DNA of 56,975 nt from positions 55,258,480 to 55,315,454 of the forward strand of contig NC_068986.1 in assembly GCF_001194135.2 (NCBI RefSeq), read 5' to 3'. This document shows, in pieces, positions 50,215 through 56,975 of the stretch. A model generated the notes under the pieces. That model ran no database searches and was not told the DNA's origin. It saw only the letters and a program-made list of their open reading frames with translations. The stretch comes from Octopus bimaculoides (lineage: Eukaryota). The position numbers and the translations under genes were made by a program. Each line of letters begins with the position of its first letter. Position 1 is the stretch's first letter.

Positions 50215-52030
50215 TTACCTCTCATCTAAATGAATAAGTGGGACAATAAAAGAATTGGCTGTTTTTACTGGGAGTCCATCAGAAGCTAAGAGCTGTAATT
50301 GAGTTCCTTGTTGCTGAAGAAACTCTTGTTAACATTCACAGAAGACTAGAAAACGTTTCTAAAGATAAGGCTTTACAATATAGCAATGTGTGGAGATAGG
50401 CTCACTGATTAAGAAAACAGTTCAGAGAGAATTGAGAAAATTCAAGCTTAGCAGACATGTCTTGTAGTGGCCACCTATCAACTTCTGCTAACCAGGAAAA
50501 AACAGATGTTTTAATTAGTTGATAGATGCATCAACACCTGGAGATAGCCATGGCAGTTTTCACAGCACTATTGAATCACTTGGATATTCAAATGTGCCTG
50601 CTAGATACCAAAACAACCAGCAGATGAGCACAGGACTGAAAGTGTTAACTGTTGTGCTGAAATCCTTGAACTAAGTAAAAGAGATAAAAACTATTTTTCA
50701 CTTGGATTCATCGTTATGAACCAGAATGAAAGTGACAATCAATGGAATGGTATCATGCAATGTCAGCTGAAATAATCGTGCTGTCTTTTGGGGTGTTCAT
50801 AGTGTTAGTTGGGTCAATTTCTTACAAAGAGGAGAAACCATCAACTCTGAAGCATACATTTCGACCCTTAACCCTTTCGTTACTTAGCCGGCCGAAAAAT
50901 TTTTTGGTTCATAAGACTAACCCGGCCGTACCCATTGTTATTTAAATGTATATTTGAATCCAAATTTCGTTAGTAAATTCGTTCAAACACCTGATTTCAC
51001 TTTGCAAACAGTTGAGTTATTGTCTCTGACATTATTTGGCGTGATATTTGAACTCAGTGAATTTTGGAAGATTTTTTTCCACATATTTTGCGGCGTTAAT
51101 TTTTTTCAACAGAAGATATGGAGATATCGAAGAAAAGAATGAACGAGCTACAAAAGCACGTGGTGAACGATAATGAATCGGATATTTCTGTATCCGAAAC
51201 TGAAAGCAGTGAGGATGATTTTACACCAGAAAAAGATTTTAAAAATATTTTTATTAACAATTTTTCTGAGGAAACGGGGTCTACCCAGTCTTTCTCAGGA
51301 AGCGAAACCTTTAGACTTCTTTTTCATGCTTGTTTGAAATGATTACTGCGGAAACAAACCGTTAAGCAGAATGTAAACAAACCGGAAAAAAAAAGATAGT
51401 TTGTGGTTTCCTGCAACTGTAGATGAAATACAGGCATTTTTTGCCATAAATATTATTATGGGTATTATTAGACAATTACCCAGAATAACAAATTACTGGA
51501 GCGATCAGGAACCTTTTGCCGATGAATATATTTCCAGTATTATGAATGAGTACAATTCGTGAAGCTGAACCAATATTTACATGTGAGAGACACTAGCAGT
51601 ACCCCCCCCCCGTACGTAGAGAACTTAGAGACAAAAATTATGCAATAGAATTGATTAAGAACCCTTTCTTTAATTATGTTCCAAATATCACATTAATATG
51701 TTGATAAATAAAAAAGTTACAGGTGTTTAATGAGACTAGTCTAAATTCATGATTATTTTAGAATTTAGTTGAAACTCATGAGGGGTGTATTTTGGCCAGA
51801 AATATAGTAACGAAAGGGTTAAAAGGTTACAGCAAAACCTGCCGAATAGACTAAATCTGTTCAATGATGGGCCTAGTTCAAGCTTCAGAACAAGGGAAGC
51901 AATCACCTTTTTTTGAGTGGACAAATCTGTCCCTCCTTGCTCACATAGCTTTGCAGCTTCAGACTTCCATCTCTTTGGCCCAATAAAAGAGACACTGAGA
52001 GGTAAACATTATGGTGATGATCAAGGAGTC
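50215..52030 (+). mobile_element. mariner relic split by piggyBac
   Basis: RAVIEFLVAEE..., WIHRYEPE; ETINSEAYISTL|KRL reads through the TTAA; SDFHLFGPIKETLRG. Confidence 0.75.
50872..51818 (+). mobile_element. Deleted piggyBac, related subfamily
   Basis: TTAA 50868-71 and 51819-22; TIR CCCTTTCGTTAC. Confidence 0.88.
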
Positions 52031-52235
52031 ACTTGGATATTCAAATGTGCCTGCTAGATACCAAAACAACTAACAGATGAGCACAGGACTGAAAGTGTTA
52101 ACTGTTGTGCTGAAATCCTTGAACTATTGGATTCATCATTATGAACCAGAATGTTGTCATCAGCAACACCATCATTATCACCTTTGGTCATACCCTTCCC
52201 CAATTATATTGGGTTGTAACATTTTAACTTTATTG

Positions 52236-52308
52236 GACTAATTGTGATGAATAAGATATCGCCCCAGTCTGAATTGTGTGACTGAATCAATATAACTGAA
52301 TTTAGTAC
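52236..52308 (+). ncRNA. SNORD31: SNORD31-like copy 5
   Basis: C 52244-50, guide intact, D' 52269-72, D 52296-9. Confidence 0.88.
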
Positions 52309-52774
52309 ATGTTAACTATAGAAAGGTTTCACAGCAAGAGAAGACAAGTTATTGTAAAGAATTAGCTGTGTTACCACCCTGTGGAGTTTTATGAAGTTGG
52401 ATTATATGCCCTCATTCATAGGTGTAATACTGCCATTGAAAGACGTAACGACTGTTCAGAAGTAGGTATGTGAACCTGCGATAGATAGTTATAATAGTTG
52501 TACAATTTGTTTCATCGTGTTCTTATTTTTATATAATAAAACTAATTGCATTACTTTCCGACTCACTAATGGTTATAGATAAGGGTTGTCTCTATCTGAA
52601 TTGTTTTACTCAATTGTAATTGTTGACTGTACTGCCTAGTTATTATAATTTCAAGTTGCAATTACATTTGTAGGTATGCCTAGACACTGTATTGAATGAT
52701 AATTTTTTGGTTATTATTCTAAATGAGATCATTTTAACTCTCATGACTATATTTCTAGCTAAAAATACTCTTAA

Positions 52775-54095
52775 CCCTTTCGTTACCATATTTCTAACCA
52801 AATTACACCCCTTATGTGTTTCAATTAATTTCTAACATAATCATAAATTTAGGCTGGTTTCATTAAACAATAACTTTTTTATTTATCAACATATTAATGT
52901 GATTTTTGGAAGATAATTTAACAAAAGGTTCTATACCAAAATTTTTGTCACAAAGTGACTTTAATTACAGGTGAAAACAGGTAAATTCAACAAAATATAA
53001 AATTATTAAAATTTTTGTTCAAACATCGCTATAGAAAATGGGTTATTAGCTAATATTCAATTGGGTATACAACAAAATATTATAGAAGAGTTGTGCACAT
53101 TACTGGATTTATTACTGTCTCTTTTGCCAGTATAAAATTAAAATCCAGAGCAGTACCCAGTATTTGATTCACAAATCTTTTCCAAACTTTGATCCCCCAT
53201 TTTGTGTGCTTTCCTGGCATATACTGTTGAAAACGCACTCGGCCTTTATAGCCCACCATATCCTCATCTATAAACTGTTTTATATGTGCTTTGAACAGTC
53301 AATGAGGGGTCTTATTTTAAATAAGGGATCACAGTCTGGTTTTCNNNNNNNNNNNNNNNNNNNNNNNNNNNNNNNNNNNNNNNNNNNNNNNNNNNNNNNN
53401 NNNNNNNNNNNNNNNNNNNNNNNNNNNNNNNNNNNNNNNNNNNNNNNNNNNNNNNNNNNNNNNNNNNNNNNNNNNNNNNNNNNNNNNNNNNNNNNNNNNN
53501 NNNNNNNNNNNNNNNNNNNNNNNNNNNNNNNNNNNNNNNNNNNNNNNNNNNNNNNNNNNNNNNNNNNNNNNNNNNNNNNNNNNNNNNNNNNNNNNNNNNN
53601 NNNNNNNNNNNNNNNNNNNNNNNNNNNNNNNNNNNNNNNNNNNNNNNNNNNNNNNNNNNNNNNNNNNNNNNNNNNNNNNNNNNNNNNCGGAAAATGAAAC
53701 CTCAGATTCATTATCAAATACCACGTGCTTTTTTTTTCGGTTACAGAGTTAGATTTATCAAGGTCTTCAACGGAAAATCCTTCGAATTCTGACTCGCTGC
53801 TTGACAGAATAAAATTCGTATCCATTTTTTTTGTCAGGATTACAAATTTTGAAAACAACAGGAACAAATTTGGAAAAAAATCTCACAAAATTAAAAAAAC
53901 ACGTTGGTCGTCGTACAAAACTATAGCTGAACTGTTTACACAAATAATCACGTGTTTTCACGAATGTACTAACGAGATTTGCTCGGATATTCTCATTTAA
54001 ATATGAATAGGTGATTACAGGCGGTTTTGGGCGGCTTGGTCACATGAACCCAAATTTTTTTCCAGGCGGCTTTGGGCGGTTTGGTAACGAAAGGG
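52775..54095 (-). mobile_element. Deleted piggyBac, near-identical to 21249-22727
   Basis: TTAA 52771-4 and 54096-9; same TIR and internal sequence in reverse orientation. Confidence 0.92.
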
Positions 54096-54293
54096 TTAAT
54101 GCACTTTAGTTAATATAACTAAGAACTTAATGCTTGTGACATTTTTTTTTTCTTTTGAATATGGTGCTTGGAATAAAACATGTTTACAGTAATCTATTGT
54201 GAAATTATACGTTGTCATCAGCAACACCATCATTATCACCTTTGGTCATACCCTTCCCAAATTATATTGGGATGTAACATTTTAACTTTAATG

Positions 54294-54367
54294 GACTAAT
54301 TGTGATGAATAAGATATCACCCCAGTCTGAATTGTGTGACTGAATCGATTTAACTTGAATTTAGTAC
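54294..54367 (+). ncRNA. SNORD31-like copy 6, weakened
   Basis: Guide G>A (tatcaccccagt); D box reads CTTGA; lies in a roughly 190-bp block duplicated from copy 5. Confidence 0.65.
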
Positions 54368-55845
54368 ATGTTAACTATAGAACGGTTTCACAGCAAGAGA
54401 AGACAACAGGTATATTTAATATTATTTGGTATTTGGTCAGGTACATTCATTCTATAATTGGGAGTACTCTTAGTAGGTATCTTTGTGTTCAGGTTCGTGT
54501 CTTTGTTTTAGAACTGTAGTTTGAAATAAGGCTGCTAAGTCTTTGGGAATTTGAGAGGTAATTGGACCATTCATTTAGAACTGTTGCATTCAAATTATCT
54601 TTTTAAAGCTGAATACTTTCAAAAATTTTTGATTGTGCTCAAATCATTTTTCTTTTTAACTATAAAGTTTAGCTTTGTTCAAAAGAGATATTGTCCATAA
54701 ATTGATATTTTTTTAGTTTAAATTGTACTCGTGTGTCAGCATCTACATAGAGAATATAATTTAAATCTATTTTTGCAGATTCAAAAGACACTATGGCTTC
54801 TCCATGGAAAAGTTGCATGAATGCTCTGAATGAACATTGGAAACCTATTTCTGATTTTGGCTTATGTGGAGGCAGCAGATATGGTACTAGGAATGAGTCA
54901 AACCAAATAGACTGCATACTAGGGACAAAATATGACTCTGAAGAGTGTACCACTCAGCATAGACTAGTGATTAGTGATTTCAGACTACGAGATGCAAGAC
55001 AGGATAATGAAGGTAAGGATATTGACCAGATGTTGGTGCAATTGGGAGTTTCCTATGAGAAACTTCCTGTAAATATAGAAAGCAAAGAATATTAAGTTAT
55101 GAGAATCGAGCATTGATTTATTCAGCTGTACATTGTTGAAATGCTGGTGTTATCTGATAAGGTAGATCTTGTGCTCTTCACTTGCATAATTAATCAGCTT
55201 TTTAATGAAATTTTCCAGAGATATCTGTTTTCGATGGTATGTTACAATTACATTGGTAAAACTTCAGTTTGTAGTTCATAATTGTTTTCCTGAAAGATTT
55301 TAGAGTTTCTTGAATAAACTGATTAAAAGTGCCACAAAAAGTTATGGGTGCTTCATTTCCTTTCATTTTAGCTTTCAGCATTTAGAAAAAGATGCATGTC
55401 CATTTTAATTTAACAAGATAAAATGTATCTGGTAAATTTCATGCAAACATGCATTTAGTAAAGTCTGCCAGGTCAAAGTGAGCCACTACATAATTATTAT
55501 CCTCATCACTGGAAAATTTCATAAAAGAAATGTGTATTTCTATGAGAGTTATAGGGAAACAGCCATTAGGCTATACCAGTAATAGGCATGTTTGATGAGA
55601 TGGTGAAGAGAGCAAATTGGACTAGCTTAGGAAGAATGGCTTTTGCGTGTGTAGTTCTGTCATCAATAAGGTGAGTATACATGAACAATTTAGAGTTAAT
55701 GCCTCACATATATTTTAGACTAAATATACATATATGAAACTATTTCTTCTAGAAATGCTTGTATTCTTTTTATATATATATATATATTACAGTAGTTACA
55801 GTTTTTGGATTCAAAATATCCTAATATTGGATACTTGTAAATTAG

Positions 55846-55909
55846 TGTACTAATTGTGATGAATAAGATTGAATTGTGTGACTGAATCGATATAACTGAT
55901 TTTAGTACA
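55846..55909 (+). ncRNA. SNORD31-like copy 7, guide deleted
   Basis: C 55856-62, D 55896-9 and stem intact; the 12-nt atcgccccagtc is missing. Confidence 0.65.
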
Positions 55910-55919
55910 TGCTTATCTT

Positions 55920-56165
55920 TGATCTTTTACTTGCTTCAGTCATTAGACTTCAGCCATTCTGTGACACTGTATTGGTCAAGTGGTGATGAGGGAACGAACA
56001 AAGGCACATGCACACAATGGACTTTCAGTTTCTGTCTACCAAATCTTCTCACAAGGTTTTGCTCAACCCAAGACATTTAGAAGGCATTTGCCCATAGCGC
56101 CACACAATGGGACTGAACTCTGAACCATATGGTTGGGAAGCAAGCTTCTTACTACACAGCCATGC
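55920..56165 (-). mobile_element. tRNA-derived SINE
   Basis: Reverse complement of the same SINE head and tail seen at 15609-16690. Similar copies at about 1340-1435, 7160-7600, 8020-8160, 11780-11960 and 44880-44985. Confidence 0.75.
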
Positions 56166-56756
56166 CCATGGGCATTGGTTTCTCCCCCTCTGATAAGTCC
56201 TATCACGATTGATTTCTACTTTTCACCTTTCTTGAGTCCTAATTAAATGAACATGAGGCAAGGAGTTGATTTAACACTTTCATTACCATCTGTCTACTGC
56301 CTTCACTTAGTTTTGGAAGTAGGGAAGAATTTAGTAAAATAGCTGGTGTTAGGAATGAAAATTAACATGAAATTGTGATGGAAGGTTTTTTAGATAACTT
56401 TATAAAAAGAGGTTGACATTCTGGAGGCAGTCCCGAGTGGTGTCAAAAAGGGTTAATTCAATAAATGTGTTTGTGTTAAAAAGTTTGAAACTCTCAAGTT
56501 TTATACTTCACTGTCAGCTTTGTACACCAGTGATATTGGGATCTATTGATTCTGATTTGTAGAGCGTTTATGTATTTCATTCATCATGGAATTAAGCTTT
56601 TGTTTGTAATGTAGTGGACCTTACAAACTCTTTGAATTGAATTTTTTCAAGTGGGATACGTATTGATAGAAAACAGGCTCACTTGTTTTTGCACTTTGAA
56701 GTAGTGACAAACTTTTAAACTACAAATGCTCTCTGGTTAGTTTAGCATCTTGATAG

Positions 56757-56831
56757 TGTACTAAAGTGATGAACATGATATCCGCCCCAGTCTGAATTTT
56801 GTGACTGAGTTGATATAACTGATTTAGTACA
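56757..56831 (+). ncRNA. SNORD31: SNORD31-like copy 8
   Basis: C 56766-72; guide ccgccccagt (10 Watson-Crick pairs to ACUGGGGCGG); D' 56792-5; D 56819-22. Confidence 0.9.
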
Positions 56832-56975
56832 TAATTGCAATGGGAAATATTGTCAGCTCTTAGACTTGAGTTGATTTTATTTTATTTCACCAGGCACATA
56901 AAGTCTCTTAGCTTTGTCATTGGTATGCTATCCAGACATAGTTTTAATTTATAAAATCTGTTTAGGTTATTGAAA

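Noticed and set aside
47632-56831. CRISPR-like repeat array
   Set aside because: Eukaryotic context, spacing of 0.5-2 kb, and C/D box architecture explain it.

Overview
Eukaryotic, AT-rich, gapped draft DNA, most likely octopus (Octopus-type SINEs and RTE LINE tails, metazoan tRNA). Most ORFs in the supplied track are microsatellite, N-gap or decayed-TE artefacts. Supported content: (1) five tRNA-Phe(GAA) genes at 0.5-6.8 kb; (2) a spliced RPLP2 gene (112 aa) with a 5'TOP first exon, whose 5.5-kb first intron holds a duplicated cassette of one H/ACA and one C/D snoRNA; (3) an intact, apparently TIR-less 349-aa Tc1/mariner DD41D-family transposase ORF (DD42D spacing) with splice acceptors at its ATG and a TOP-like first exon about 4 kb upstream, a domestication candidate; (4) a probable non-coding snoRNA host gene starting near 42.41 kb with eight tandem, diverging copies of a C/D snoRNA whose guide matches the 28S P-loop (SNORD31/snR67 target); (5) many TE relics (Helitron, Tc1, mariner, pogo, piggyBac, hAT MITEs, RTE, L1/Tx1, RLE-type LINE, SINEs). 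The best candidate for an undescribed system is this translation-apparatus neighbourhood with its amplified snoRNA guides. rRNA target matches were made by eye against recalled conserved human/yeast rRNA and need checking against this species' rRNA.
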